From Chiloscyllium plagiosum (taxonomy: Eukaryota): a stretch of 64,000 nucleotides of DNA. A model generated the notes under the pieces. It was not told the origin of the DNA. It ran no database searches and saw only the letters and a list, made by a program, of their open reading frames with translations. The stretch is taken from positions 4,699,426 to 4,763,425 of the forward strand of contig NC_057720.1 in NCBI RefSeq assembly GCF_004010195.1. Direction: 5' to 3'. Positions 23,788 through 36,931 of this stretch are shown here, piece after piece (within the stretch, counting starts at the first letter, position 1; the number at the start of each line of letters is the position of its first letter). Position numbers and translations under genes: made by a program.

Positions 23788-24008
23788 AAGTCAAGATTAG
23801 AGTGGTGCTGGAAAAGCACAGCAGGTCAGGCAGCATCCAAGGAGCAGGAAAATCAACGTTTCGGGCAGGAGCCCTTCATTCCTGATGAGGGGCTTTTGCC
23901 CGAAACATCGATTTTCCTGCTCCTCAGATGCTGCCTGACCTGCTGTGCTTTTCCAGCACCACACTAATCTTGACTCTGATCTCCAGCATCTGCAGTCCTC
24001 ACTTTCAC
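23788..24008 (+). mobile_element. Family A fold-back pLTR cassette inserted in a CR1
   Basis: Inverted arms; 15-bp TSD ctcagaggaggttca at 23773-23787 and 24009-24023. Confidence 0.88.
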
Positions 24009-25339
24009 CTCAGAGGAGGTTCACGAGACTGATTCCAGAGATGAGAGATTTGTCTTATGAGGCGAGATTGAGCAGTTTAGACTGATGCTCTCTCTGGAGT
24101 TTAGAAGAATGAGAGGAGATCTAATTGAGGTGTGTAAGATGCTAAAGGGGACTGACAAAGTAAACATAGAGAGGATGTTTCTCCTTGTGGGGTAACACAG
24201 AATGAAGTCATAGTTTTAGGCTGAGGGATAACACATTTTTAAACAGAGATGGGAAGAAATTACTTCTGTGGAATTCACCCGCCCAGAGTGTGGCAGATGT
24301 TGGAACATTGAGTAAATTGAAGGAGGAGGTGGACAGATGTTTAATTTGTAAAGGGGTAAAGGGTTATGGAGAGCAGGCAGGAAGGTGGAGGTGAGGCTGA
24401 GATGAGATCAGCTAAGATGGGAGTGAATGGCAGTGAAGGCTCGAGGGGCTCCTGCTTCGAGTTCTTCTCTACTTATTAGACCAGTTTTCATAAAATAAAA
24501 TATAATATTTTTCACTGTATCCAAATTTCACCATTTGCCATGGTGGGACCTGAGCTTCCATATCCCCAGAGTATTAGCCTGGAGTGCTGCATTACTAACC
24601 CAGTGACAATCCCATCAAGCCCCTGCCATTCCGACGAATACTCTCTGATATCCCTCAGTGCTAAACTACACAGGGGTAGGGAATGGGTCCTTGAGTGTGC
24701 AGCCCTGCATGATGGGATCCAGTGACTAAACAACAGCAGATTAATCTGTTTTAACAGTTACCCTGGCATTATCCACCTGCCTACTTACCACCGGCTATGT
24801 CCACTCCTCCTGCCCCAGTAGACATTTCCTCCTTGAAATGGAAGCTCAGAGAGTCACTCAGGATCATCAATATATATTGTGTTTATTGCTGTCACAGCCG
24901 ATATTCCCTGCCCTATGAGTAGGCTGTTCCTTAAGTGTTGCTGGATCAAAATCCTGGAACTCCCTCCTGAACAGCATTATGGGTTAACCTACAGCACACA
25001 TAGAGTCATACAGCAAGGATACAAACCCTTAGGTCCAACCAGTTTATGCCAACTATGTTCCTAAACTTGTCCAGATTTCTTGTAAATCTTGTACCTATAC
25101 CTGCATATTCCACTTCCTCTGGAAGTTCATTTCAGACATGAATCATTCTCTGTATAAAAGGATTGCCCCTCAAATCTTTTTAATCTTTCTCCTTTTTGCT
25201 TAAAAATATACCCTCTCGTCTTGAAATCCTCCACCTTAAGTAAAAGATCTTTGCTATTCACCTTATCCATGCCTCTCATGATTTTATAAGCCACTATAAG
25301 GACACCCCTCAAACTCCTATGGTCCAGTGAAAAAGACAA

Positions 25340-25790
25340 CCTAACTGCCCATGCCCAAACACTTTAACTCCCCCTTCAGCTCCACCAAAAACATGCAAGT
25401 CCTTGGCCTCCTCCATCACCAAACCTTTACCACCTGATGCCTGGAGGAAAAACACCTCATCCTCCGCCTCGGGACCCTCCAACCACACGGGATCAATGTG
25501 GATTTCACCAGTTTCCTCATTTCCTCTCCCCCCATCTCATCCCAGTCCCAGCCTTCCAACTCGGTACCGCCCTCATGAGCTGTCCCATCCGTCCATCTTC
25601 CTTCCCATCTATCTGCTCTGCCGTCCTCTCCGGCCTATTACCATTATCTCCACCTTCATCTACCTATTGCATCCTCAGCTCTCTTCCCCCATTCCTGATG
25701 AAGGGCTTATGCCCGAAACATCGACTCTCCTGCTCCTCGGATGTTGCCTGACCGGCTGTGCTTTTCCAGCGCCACAATCTTCGACTCTGA
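25340..25790 (+). mobile_element. Family A Penelope 3' end: GIY-YIG C-terminus, 3' UTR and hammerhead pLTR
   Basis: LEEKHLILRLGTLQPHGINVDFTSF followed by cctgatgaagggcttatgcccgaaacatcg. Inserted into a CR1 fragment. Confidence 0.82.
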
Positions 25791-26137
25791 ACAAAGTCGC
25801 AGCCTCACTTTATAACCCAAACACTCCAGTCCCAGCAACATCCTGGTAAATCTTTTGTGAACCTTCTCTAATTTAATAATCTCCTTCCTATAACAGGGTG
25901 ACCAGAACTGGACACAGTGCTCCAGAAGAGGCCTCACCAATAAAGTCACACAGTCATAGAGATATACAGCATGGAAACAGACCCTTCGGTCCAACCCGTC
26001 CATGCCAACCAGATATCCTAACCCAATCTAGTCCCACCTGCCAGCACCCGGCCCATATCCCTCCAAACCCTTCCTATTCATATACCCATCCAAATGCCTC
26101 TTAAATGTTGCAATTGTACCAGCCTCCACCACTTCCT

Positions 26138-26416
26138 NNNNNNNNNNNNNNNNNNNNNNNNNNNNNNNNNNNNNNNNNNNNNNNNNNNNNNNNNNNNNNN
26201 NNNNNNNNNNNNNNNNNNNNNNNNNNNNNNNNNNNNNNNNNNNNNNNNNNNNNNNNNNNNNNNNNNNNNNNNNNNNNNNNNNNNNNNNNNNNNNNNNNNN
26301 NNNNNNNNNNNNNNNNNNNNNNNNNNNNNNNNNNNNNNNNNNNNNNNNNNNNNNNNNNNNNNNNNNNNNNNNNNNNNNNNNNNNNNNNNNNNNNNNNNNN
26401 NNNNNNNNNNNNNNNN
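26138..26416. other. Assembly gap (N run) inside a CR1
   Basis: 279 N. Confidence 0.99.
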
Positions 26417-26696
26417 ATCTTTCCGATAGGAAGGAGACCAGAACTGCACGCAATATTCCAACAGTGGCTAAACCTATGTCCTGTACAGCCGCAACATTAC
26501 CTCCCAACTCCTGTATTCAATGCTCTGACCAATAAAGGAAAGCATACCAAACGCCTTCTTCACTATCCTATCTACCTGCGACTCCACTTTCAAGGAGCTA
26601 TGAACCTGCACTCCAATGTCCTGTACAACCTCAATATGATGTCCCAACTCCTATACTCAATGCTCTGATGTCCCAACTCCTATACTCAAGTGCTGC

Positions 26697-26880
26697 ATGG
26701 GTGGCACAGTGGTTAGCACTGCTGCCTCACAGCGCCTGAGACCCGGGTTCAATTCCCGACTCTTAGGTGAAGGGGTAAATGTAGGAGTATGGGTGGGTTG
26801 CGCTTCGGCGGGTCGGTGTGAACTTGTTGGGTCGAAGGGCCTGTTTCCACTCTGTAATGTAATCTAAAAAAAAATCTAAT
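26697..26880 (+). mobile_element. HE1-like V-SINE, internally deleted
   Basis: Head joined directly to tail; V-domain missing. Confidence 0.75.
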
Positions 26881-29034
26881 CAAGTTCAAGAAGACAGCTC
26901 ACCACCACCTTCTCAAGGGCAACTAGGGAGGGAGCCAGTAATGCCCACACCCTGTGAGTAAATTAAAAGAATCTTGTACATTTGAATTTCATTCTTCTAA
27001 ATTCTAGTAAATACAGACCCAACCTACTCAACTTCTTCACATGAGGCAGTTCCTCCATTACCAGTAGCAGCCCAGTGAATTTTCTCTGGACTGCCTCCAA
27101 AGCCAGTATAACTTCCCTTCAAGAAGGGGTACACGGATTTACCAGGCTATTGCTGGGAATGGAGGGTTCGTTTATAAGGAGGGGCTGGATAGGCTAGGAC
27201 CTTTTTTCATTGGGGCATAGGAGGTTGAGGGGGTGACCTTACCGAGGTTTATAAAATCATGAGGGGCATAAATAAGGTGAATAGCAAAGGCTTTTTCTCC
27301 CCTTCGTCAGATTTATTTTTGTCACAGGTGGGACAAGTTGCGACTGGCCTCTGAGAGTCAATAAGATTGAGCTACACCCTGACAGCGTACACTCTGTAAC
27401 AGTGACGACAAGGAGCTGTAATGACATACAGTAAACCATGAGCAAGGACAAAGGCTCTCCAAATCCCCAACATGCCTCAGCACGTCCTGCAGTTCACATG
27501 GTCACTCTTGACTGATAAAATCATTGATTGTGCACAGTTACACAATGTTGCAACTGACCTTTTTGAGTCTTGGAGCCCACAGCAGTCACACTCTTATAGA
27601 ATCTATTGAGGTGCAATGTTTATGAATCACAGAACTGTGACAGTGCAGAAGAAGGCCTTTCAGCCCATCTTGTTAAACGAACATCATTACCTCCCTTTTC
27701 CCCCTACCCTTACCCATTGTTTCTATCCAAATAACCATCCAATGCCCCTCTTGGATGCCTCAATTGAACCTGCCTCCACCACATTCCCAGGCAGTGCATT
27801 CCACACCCTAACCACTCACTGGGTGAAAATGGATTTCCTCATTTCGCCTTTGCTTTGTTCGCAGCCTCACATTAAAATCTCATTCTCGCTCCTTTTACTG
27901 TTGGAAAACAGTGTTGTTTTGAAGCACATTGAGGGGACAGTCTAACCTCAATGCCCACAAGGCAATTTGCATTTTTACAACTTTATTTTACGAGGAACTG
28001 CCAATCTTGTAAACGCTTTGCGTTGTAAGTGAACAATGCTTATGTCTGACGAATACTGGAGTGGAAAGATCAGGGTGGATGATGGAGTGCCTTTGGTGGG
28101 ATTGGTTTGGCCAGAATATTGAGGACAGTAACATGTACCAGGAGCACCGAGCTCAGGCTGCATCGTGAGTGACACGGACAGTACTGGGATGTTAACTGGG
28201 ATGGGAAGAATTTTGGTTTAAAAGAAAGTCAGACAAGGTGCTGTGACCTGGCCTATGTCGCACACAAATTGTGGTGGAGCATGTCTTTGACGTTAGTGCT
28301 CGAAAGGGTAAATATTGACAGGGAAACTTTCTCACAGCTAGAGTCACAGAGCTGTACAGCATGGAAAAAACCCGTCTATACCAACCAGACATTCTAAATT
28401 AATCTAGTCCCATTTGCCAGCATTTGTTCTATATCCCTCCAAACCCTTCCTATTCATACACCATCCAGATGCCTTTTAAATGTTGTAATTGTACCAGCCT
28501 CCACCACTTCCTCTGAAAGCTCATTCCATACACGCACCAACCACTGGGTGAAAAAGTTGCCTCTTAGGCCCCTTTTATATCTTTCCAGCTCCCTCTTGAA
28601 TATATCTAATGAACTGGCCCCAACAGCTTCCTGTGGGAGAGAATTCCACAGGTTCACAGCTCTCTGAGTGAAGAGATTCTTCCTTATCTCAGTCCTGAAT
28701 GGCTTAGCCCCGTATTCTGGACCTCCACAACATCGGGAACATTCTTCCTACATCTAGCCTGTCCAGTCCCATCAGGGTTTTGTATGTTTCTATGAGATCC
28801 CCCCATATTCTTCTAAATTCAGTGAGGACAAGTCCACTCCATCCAGCCTTTCCTCTGAACTGAATCAACCATTCACTGGGGGTTGCATTTCACTGGTAAG
28901 GCCACGGTTTATTGCCCAGAGCCTCAGGGCACTAGCGCTGATACAGGGTAGACCATTTGAGACTTAGATGAGGAGGAATGTCTTCACCCAGACTGTAGTG
29001 AGCCTGTGGAATTCTCTGTCACGGAAAGCGGTTG

Positions 29035-29340
29035 ATTAGATTCCCTACAGTGTGGATACAGGCCCTTTGGCCCAACAAGTCCACACCGACCCTCCAAAGA
29101 GTAACTCACCCAGACCCTTTCCCTCTGACTAATGCAGTTAAAGCTATGGGTAATTTAGCATGGCCAATTTACCTGACCTGCACATCTTTGGATTGTGGGA
29201 GGAAACCGGAGCACCTAGAGGAAACCCACCTGGGGAGAATGTGCAAACTCCACACAGACAGTCGCCCAAGGCTGGAGTCGAACCTGGGTCCCTGGTGCTG
29301 TGAGGCAGCAGTGCTAACCACTGAGTCACGTGCCACCCCA
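29035..29340 (-). mobile_element. HE1-like V-SINE
   Basis: Same head, V-domain and tail; inserted in a CR1 tail with ggttgat duplicated. Confidence 0.85.
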
Positions 29341-29669
29341 ATGGTTGATGCCAAAACATTGAATGTTTTCAAGGAGGAGCTAGATGGAGTCCGTAGGGCT
29401 AAAGGGCTCAAAGGGAATGGAGAGGGAGTGGGAACAGGGCACTGAGTTGGATAATCGGCCATGATTACATTGAATGGCGGAACAGGCCCGAAGGGGTGAA
29501 TGGCCTACTCATGTTTCCATGTCTCCAAAAATTATGACAAGGAACAGAATGAACTTCCTGAGGAAGAGGTGGATGTGGGTACAATTACAATGTTTAAAAG
29601 AATTTTGGAATAGTGCATGAAGAGGAAAGGTTTGGAGGTTTATGGGCCAGGAGCAGGCAGGTGTGACCA

Positions 29670-30119
29670 CCATATATACTCAAGTAATAGTCGATCTCGT
29701 GTAAAGGTTGACCCCCGACTTTTGGCCAAATAACCTGAAATTTTCCACATATCTCATGTGAAAGCCCACCCTAGTTCTTCACAGAGAACAGATCAACGTT
29801 TATGAATCAGTGTGCCGGCCATCACATCCCGCTATAATGTTCCAGTCTGGCGATTGCTCTGCTCCCGATCTTCCAGTCCACTGGCTGTCGTGCTCCGCTC
29901 CGTATTTTCTGAATTACCATAGTTCTTTTTTTCCCCCCCTTTATTCATTTAGAGATCAGTTGGGCTTCTGCTAATGATACAGTATGAACTCTGCTAATGA
30001 TATGGCATGAATTTTGACGTGAATTTCAGCCCCTCAAAAATAGTATCCGTGTAATAGTTGACCCCATAGACTACTAAAAAGTAGTCAAAACAATTCGACT
30101 ATTACTCGAGTACAAATGA
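29670..30119. mobile_element. Non-autonomous Tc1/mariner-superfamily (Tc2/pogo-like) MITE
   Basis: 25-bp TIRs (ccatatatactcaagtaatagtcga and tcgactattactcgagtacaaatga, 21/25 match). TA on the right, CA on the left. Splits a CR1 3' tail at gac|tagtttag. Confidence 0.7.
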
Positions 30120-30764
30120 TAGTTTAGTTTGGGATTATCTAGCATGGACTAGTTGGACCGAAGGGTCTGTTTCTGTGCTGCATGACTCTATGACTCTAAG
30201 AGTCGGCCACTCAGCCCTTCTAGTTGATTCCTGATGAAGGGCTTTTGCCCGGAACGTCGAGTTTCCTGCTCCTCGGACGCTGCCTGACCTGCTGTGCTTT
30301 TCCAGCACCACTCTGATCTAAACTCCTCCTAGTTGCTCCGTCATTCAATAAGATCATTGCTGATCTGACTTTAACCTCAACTCTACATTCTTGCATCTCC
30401 CTGATAACCTTTCACCCCCTTGTTTATGAAGCAGTTCAGTTGAGCGGTCATTCAGTCTATCTGGTGGACATGGCACAAGCTAAGAGTGAGGCTGTAGGCA
30501 CAGGAGTCACACAGAGGGTAGATGGTTTGAGGGGCAAAAGGTTCTCCTTTACTAAGGGGCATTGGTGAATAGTCAGGGTTTTCGTTTTACGCGACAGTCC
30601 AAAAGCATCATAGTCATGTGTACCAACACCAGTGTGTGATGGTTGGATTTGAAAGTGACCTGAGCCCCATTCCATTCAGTAATGCATACCCCTATCCACC
30701 CCCTCCCCTCTGAACCCATAAACACCAGAATTCATTCATGTAGGCCAGGCAGCCAATGACTCAC

Positions 30765-30882
30765 CATTGCTAAACTCCTTCCAATACATTTCAGGAAAGC
30801 AAAGGTACCATCGACAGTCCGAGCTCCAAGCAAGTCTCCGACCTGCTGCCTCAGTGCTTTCAGATTTAGTTCAGGTAAAACC
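30765..30882 (-). CDS. SPATA1: SPATA1 coding exon 3 (VLPELNLKALRQQVGDLLGARTVDGTFAFLKCIGRSLAM)
   Basis: Acceptor ggcag, donor ATG|gtgagt; 118 nt, phase 2 to 0. Matches SPATA1 RVSPQLTLRALRERLGEFLG...FLFLKCIGNNLAV. Confidence 0.93.
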
Positions 30883-30971
30883 CTGCCAATGAGATATGAG
30901 GCGTTCAGAAATTCTGGCTTCACCAATGCTGATCAATAACTCTCCCTGATGCTCAGAACACAAAGTAATTA

Positions 30972-31361
30972 CAGGAATTTCAACTTTGATTAATATGGGG
31001 GAAATGATAGTGTCACTGATCCAGTCAACCTCAGGATAATCCCACAATGGCAGATGATAAAATTGAACTCTATAAAAACTGGAATTAAAAGCTCACCTCA
31101 TGGAGACCATTTAGGCTTATATGATGGCTCAGTAGTTAGCACCACTGCCTCACAGTGCCAGGAACCCAGGAATTTCAACTTTGATTAATATGGGGGAAAT
31201 GATAGTGTCACTGATCCAGTCAACCTCAGGATAATCCCACAATGGCAGATGATAAAATTGAACTCTATAAAATCTGGAATTAAAAGCTCACCTCATGGAG
31301 ACCATTTAGGCTTATATGATGGCTCAGTAGTTAGCAGCACTGCCTCACAGTGCCAGGAACC
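30972..31361. repeat. 195-bp tandem duplication
   Basis: 30972-31166 and 31167-31361 differ at only two positions that I could see. Confidence 0.9.
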
Positions 31362-31618
31362 TTGGTTCAATTCCAGCCTCAGGCAACTGTCTATGTGGAG
31401 TTTGCACATTCTCCCCATGTCTGTATGGGTTCCCTCCAGGTGCTCTGGTTTCTTCCCACAGTCAAAGGATGTGCAGGTTTGGTGAATTGCCCATCGTGTC
31501 CAGGGATGTGTAGGCTAGGTGGATGAGCCTTGGGAAATGCAGGGTCACAAAGGTACGGAGGTGAGATGCTCTTCGGAGGGTCAGTGTGGACTCGATCGGC
31601 CAAAGAGACTGCTTCCAT
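31318..31618 (+). mobile_element. HE1-like V-SINE
   Basis: Head plus V-domain; the head is also present in the upstream tandem duplicate. Confidence 0.8.
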
Positions 31619-32145
31619 TATCCACTGTTATAGAAACTCATCTGGTTCACTAATGCCTTTTAAGGAAAAAAATCTGCTGTCCTTACCTGGTCTGGCCAAT
31701 GAAGACTTCAGACCACGCTGACTCGTAACCGTCCTCTGGGCAATTAGGGAGGGGCAATAAATGTTAGCCTAGCCAGTGACACCCACATCCCATGAAGATA
31801 TTTGTTAAAAAAGAGATCTGGAATAGAAACCTCACAAGGAGATCTTCGATTGGATGATGCCTCGGAGGCAACCCCTCAGGATCAATCAGGGCAACTTCCA
31901 CCCCTGCCAGTCTTGAAGGACAGTGGCAGCTTCCTCACCCCAAGCCAGAGACTCCGGGTTCAAATCCCACCCCGGGACTTCATGGCCCAGGAAGGGGAGA
32001 GTTTGTAAAATGGCCAAATAGGTTAATTCTCTGAATTCCTCCAAATCCCCAGGGCAGGTGGTAAGATGGGGAGAGTCACTTGGTCAGCCATTCTGATGAA
32101 GGACATTTTTCTCTCTCTCTCTTTCTCCCCTTTGACTGAGTACAG

Positions 32146-32376
32146 CACAGAGCTGAAACATGTGTTGCTGGAAAAGCGCAGCAGGTCAGGCAGCATCCAA
32201 GGAGCAGGAGAATCGACGTTTCGGGCATAAGCCCTTCTTCAGGAATGAGGGCTGAAGAAGGGCTTATGCCCGAAACGTCGATTCTCCTGCTCCTTGGATG
32301 CTGCCTGACCTGCTGCGCTTTTCCAGCAACACATGTTTCAGCTCTGATCTCCAGCATCTGCAGTCCTCACTTTCTC
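32146..32376 (+). mobile_element. Family A fold-back pLTR cassette with ~95-bp essentially perfect arms
   Basis: ~32148-32241 is the reverse complement of ~32252-32346; 10-bp TSD ctgagtacag at 32136-32145 and 32377-32386. Confidence 0.9.
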
Positions 32377-34674
32377 CTGAGTACAGTACACACTGAAATA
32401 ACTCCACAAAGGCCGGGATATCATCACCAAGTCACCCTTTATTTACGTGCGGGGAGTCCTTAACTATAGTACTGCCTTATACAGAGTCAGGCACTAGACT
32501 GTGAGTATCTTTGACACTAAACGTTTTTATATATCAGCCAAGGCTTCTTCATTGGACCAGATTAACAGCCACAATCAGGGGAATCATATTCTACATACAG
32601 TGGAGGTAATGGCCTAGTTATCAATGCTGGACTGTTAATCCAGAGATTCCTGATGAAGGGCTTTTGCCCGAAACGTCGATTTTCCTGCTCCTTGGATGCT
32701 GCCTGACCTGCTGTGCTTTTCCAGCACCACACTAATCTTGTTAATCCACAGATCCAGGGAATGTTCTTGGGACCTGGCTTCGAACCACATCACTGCAGAT
32801 GGTGGAATTTTAAGTCACTAAAACTTGGAAGTAACAGTCTAATGACGACTGTATCGATTGTTGGAAAAGCCTATCTGGTTCATTAATGTCCTTTAGGGAA
32901 GGAAATCTGCCATCCTTATCTGGTTGGCCGACGTATGACTCCAGACCCACAGCAATGTGGTTGACTCTTAACTGCCCTTTGGTCAATTGGGTTAGGGCAA
33001 AAAATGCTGGGTCAGCCAGCAACGCTCTCATCCCATTAATGAGTATTAAAAAAATATATAAATTATCACCAGACTCGGAGTTCCAGGACAGATGGTGGAA
33101 TTTGAATTCAATAACAATCTGGAATTAAGAGTTTAATGATAAACATGAATTCACCGTTGACTTCCAAGGAAACCCATTTAGTTACTGTTCAATGATTCTA
33201 TTGTTTTACTGTGAGATTTAGAGGAGATTTGAGAAACTTTTTCACTCAGCAGGTGGTGGGAATCTGGAATGCGCTGCCTGGGACAGTAATGGGGCTGGAA
33301 ACCTTACCACCTTCAACAAATAACTGGGTGAGCACTTGAAATATCATAATATTCAAGGATATGGGACAAGTGCAGGAGATTTGGGTTAGTGCATCTTTAG
33401 TGATAGTCGTGTCAGTACAAACCTGATGGGCCGAAGGGCCTTTTCCGCATTCTATTACTGCACTCTATTACTATGACTATGGTTCACTAATCCCCTTTAG
33501 GGGAGGAAACCGCCATCCTTTCCTGGTTTGGTCTCTCTGTGACTCCAGACCCACAGCAATTAGTTGACTCTTAACTGCCCTCTGAGCAAATAGGGATGGG
33601 CAATAAATGTTGGCCTAATGAGCAATGCCCTCATCCTGTGAATGAGTAAGTCAAACAAAATGTCAGCTGACTGACTTTGTTACATTCACTACATATACCT
33701 CAATCAGATCTCCTCTCATCCTTCTAAATTCTCGTCAGTATAGGCCTAACTGCTGAATCTCTCTTCGTAAGACAAACCCCACATTTTTGGAAGTAATTAT
33801 GAACCTCCTCTGAACTGCCTCCAATACAACTATACCCCTCCTCAATTAAGAGACCAAAACTGAATGCAGTACTCCAGAGGTGATTGCACCAAGCCTTGCA
33901 CTATTACAACAACACTTCCCTACTTTAATACTCCATTCTTTTTGCAATAAATGTCAAAATTCTATTTGCCTTCCTGTTTGCATGTGTTTTGCATGTGTTT
34001 CTACACTGGTTAATCTCGCCCTTTCAGAGATAGGCCAAGAAAGCATCCAATAAAACAAGCCGATGACTGAATCACGAGCTGCCTTGTTTCGGCGTCAGTA
34101 AGAGGATCATACTCATTCCATTAATTGGATCCACTTAACAGCCCAGCCTCTGTGGTAAAAAAATTCCCTCAGGGAGAAAACAAATTCCTCCTCATCTCTG
34201 TCCCTGCCCCCAGGTAGTGATCCTCCCTTTTCTCATCTACACACTGCCCTTGGACAGCAAAACTCCAGACCAATGTTCATTTTCACACACTTGCTCACAC
34301 AGCTCTACCTCACCACCAACTCTTTCACTGTTGCCATACTAACAGGCTGCTAATCCGACATGCAGTACTGGATGAGCAGAAATATTAAACGTTTGGAAGA
34401 CTGGGATCATTGATCTCTCCATTCTGGAGGCTCCCTGCCTCTATTCCTGATGAAGGGCTTTTGCCCGAAACGTCGATTTTCCTGCTCCTCGGATGCTGCC
34501 TGACCTGCTGTGCTTTTCCAGCACCACTCTAATCTAAACTCTGGTTTCCAGCATCTGCAGTCCTCACTTTTGCCTCATTGCTTTCTTTCCCCAGCCCAAG
34601 CTCCACTACCTAATCCTGTCCAAAGCTAAACCAGAACAAATCATGTTGCCAAATTGAGACTGAGGCAACCTTTT

Positions 34675-35018
34675 CATAGAATCCCTACAGTACGGAAACA
34701 AGCCATTTGGCCCATGAGGTCTACACTGACTGTCGGAAGAGCATCCTACCTAAACCCACCCCCATAATCCTGCATTTCCCATGGCTAATTCACCTAGTCT
34801 GCACATCCCTGAACACTATGGGCTATTTAGCATGACCAATCCTCCCTAACCTGCACGTCTTTGGACTGTGCGAGGAAACCAGAGCACCCAGAGGAAACCC
34901 ACAGAGACATGGGGAAAATGTTCAAACTCCACACAGACAGTCACCCGAGAGTGGAATTGAACCCAGGTCGCTGGTTCTGTGAGATAGCGGTCCTAACCAC
35001 TGAGTCACTGTACCACCC
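34675..35018 (-). mobile_element. HE1-like V-SINE
   Basis: Same family. Confidence 0.82.
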
Positions 35019-35382
35019 TTTCTCTGAGCACATAAACTCCCCTTCACTTGGACTGTCGGGAGCCACCTCCCTGTTGTGGTCAGACTTCAGCCCTGGCTTT
35101 CTGCATGCAACAAAAAGCAGTCTAGACCCTACAAGAAAGACAGGCAACAGATCAACTGTTGCCAAGGTTACCTCTAGCCTGGATCTCTGAGTAGTGAACT
35201 TGACCAGGCTTAGGAACAGGCCCGTAACAGAGATTCTCGGACCCCTGCATCACAGCCTCTCCTCAATTAAGAGACCAATGCCAAAAGCTCTGCCACGGGA
35301 GACCAAAGTGGTGCCCAAAGCTGAGGAGCGAGCTCTTTAAAGAATGGAAGAGGGAATACAATTTCACACAGCGAAACACAAA

Positions 35383-35576
35383 CTTGAAACAAAAGCAGAA
35401 ATTACCTGACATGCTCAGCAGATCTGGCAGCATCTGTGGAGAAAAAGCAGTTAAAGTTTTGGGTCGAGTGACCCTTCCTCAGAACCTATTGTTATTAGGA
35501 AAGGGTAGGTGTGTATGCTAAAGATGGGATTGGGAGGGGCAGTAAACAAGGTGGAGATAGAGCCCAGAGAGAGGGG

Positions 35577-35608
<32 letters not shown>

Positions 35609-36780
35609 AAAACAGTTGAATAGACAAAGGAATGGGAGAATGAGTAGCTGCTAATGGGGACCATCAGTGGCTGACAGTGGACTGTTTGTGGTAGCAGCCC
35701 ATGGGATGTCAAGGCCTGGTGTGTGGGGGTTGGGGTAAGGACGTGGGAGACAATGCCTCAGGCTCTAAGATTATTGAGCTTGATATTGAGTCCTGAAGGC
35801 TGCAGGGTTGCCAAGTGGAAAATGAGGTGCTGTTCTTCCAGCTTGTACTGAGCTTCACTGGAGCACTGCAGCAAGGCTGAGACAGAGATGTTGGCTGGGA
35901 ACAAGGTAGTGTGTTGGAGTGGCAGGCAACTGGAAGCTCGGTCATTTTTGCGGGCAGAACGTAGATGTTCTGTGAAGCTGTCGCCCAGTCTAGACTTCAT
36001 CTCCCCAATGTGAGCAGCGAATGCAGGAGACTAGATTGTGGGAAGTGCATGTAAAGTGCTGCTTCACCTGGAAGGTGTGTTTGGGCCCTTGGACATTGTG
36101 GAGGGAGAAGGTAAATGGGCAGGTGTTACACCTTCGGCAGTTGCGAGGGGTGCATTAGGAGTGGAGGAAGAGTGGACCAGGGGTATCCCGGAGGGAATGA
36201 TCCCTGTGGAAAGCTGACAGGAGCGGGTAGGGGAATGTGTATGTGGCAGTGGAGAAAGAGTTGTGGGTGGGGGCTGGAGTAGGACAGTTCCACGTGCTCC
36301 ATGAACAGACAGGTGTAACTGGGGCCCATGCGTGTACCCATGGCCACCCCGCTGAGCTGAAGAAAATGAGAGGAATTAAAGGAGAAATTGTTGAGGGTGG
36401 GGACAGGCTTAGCCAGACGGAGCAAGGTGATAGTGGGTGAGGTGGGGGCTGGAGTAGGACAGTTCCACGTGCTCCATGAACAGACAGGTGTAACTGGGGC
36501 CCATGCGTGTACCCATGGCCACCCCTCTGAGCTGAAGAAAATGGGAGGAGTTAAAGGAGAAGTTGTTGAAGATGAGGACGGGCTTAGCCAGACAGAGCAA
36601 AGTGATGGTGGGTGAGGACAGTTCAGGCCTTTGTTCCAGGAAGACGCGGAGAGCCCTGAGACCATCCTGAAGGGGGATAGACGTGTAAAGGGATTGCCCC
36701 TCCCTGGTAACGAGGATGCAGCTAAAGCCCACAAACTGGAAAGTCCCAAACCTGGCCAGGCGACCGCTATTGGACTGCAT
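35383..36780 (-). mobile_element. Penelope-like element fragment, Neptune-type (family C), with pLTR
   Basis: SLYTSIP, NNFSFNSSHFLQLRGVAMGTRMGPSYTCLFM (RT) and MKSRLGDSFTEHL...LATLQPSGLNI (GIY-YIG). Ends in the family C repeat at 35385-35490. Confidence 0.85.
35567..35612. repeat. (GA)n microsatellite plus A run
   Basis: Seen directly in the sequence. Confidence 0.85.
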
Positions 36781-36824
36781 CATCAACAGAGGCTTAGAGC
36801 AAGAAAATCAGCATTAATCCTTAC

Positions 36825-36931
36825 CTGATGAACCCTGCCGAGATGAACTTGTTTATGGCATGGTTGGAAACTGTATTCAACTTACTGTTCCACAATTCCG
36901 CTGGGACATAGAAAACATGAAGCTCTATGAC
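36825..36931 (-). CDS. SPATA1: SPATA1 coding exon 2 (VIELHVFYVPAELWNSKLNTVSNHAINKFISAGFIR)
   Basis: Acceptor tttcag, donor AG|gtaagg; 107 nt, phase 0 to 2. Closely matches the SPATA1 N-terminus as recalled (LVELHVFYVPEGSWNYQLNTIS...NKFISAGFLR). Confidence 0.93.

Noticed and set aside
32146..32376. Palindromic repeats as DNA-transposon MITEs
   Set aside because: Arms are asymmetric and differ per copy, TSD length varies (9-15 bp), and copies are linked to GIY-YIG/RT sequence, which points to Penelope retroelements.
32394..32595. Possible solo LTR (TG...CA ends, AATAAA on the minus strand)
   Set aside because: No exact TSD, no second copy and no internal sequence in the window.
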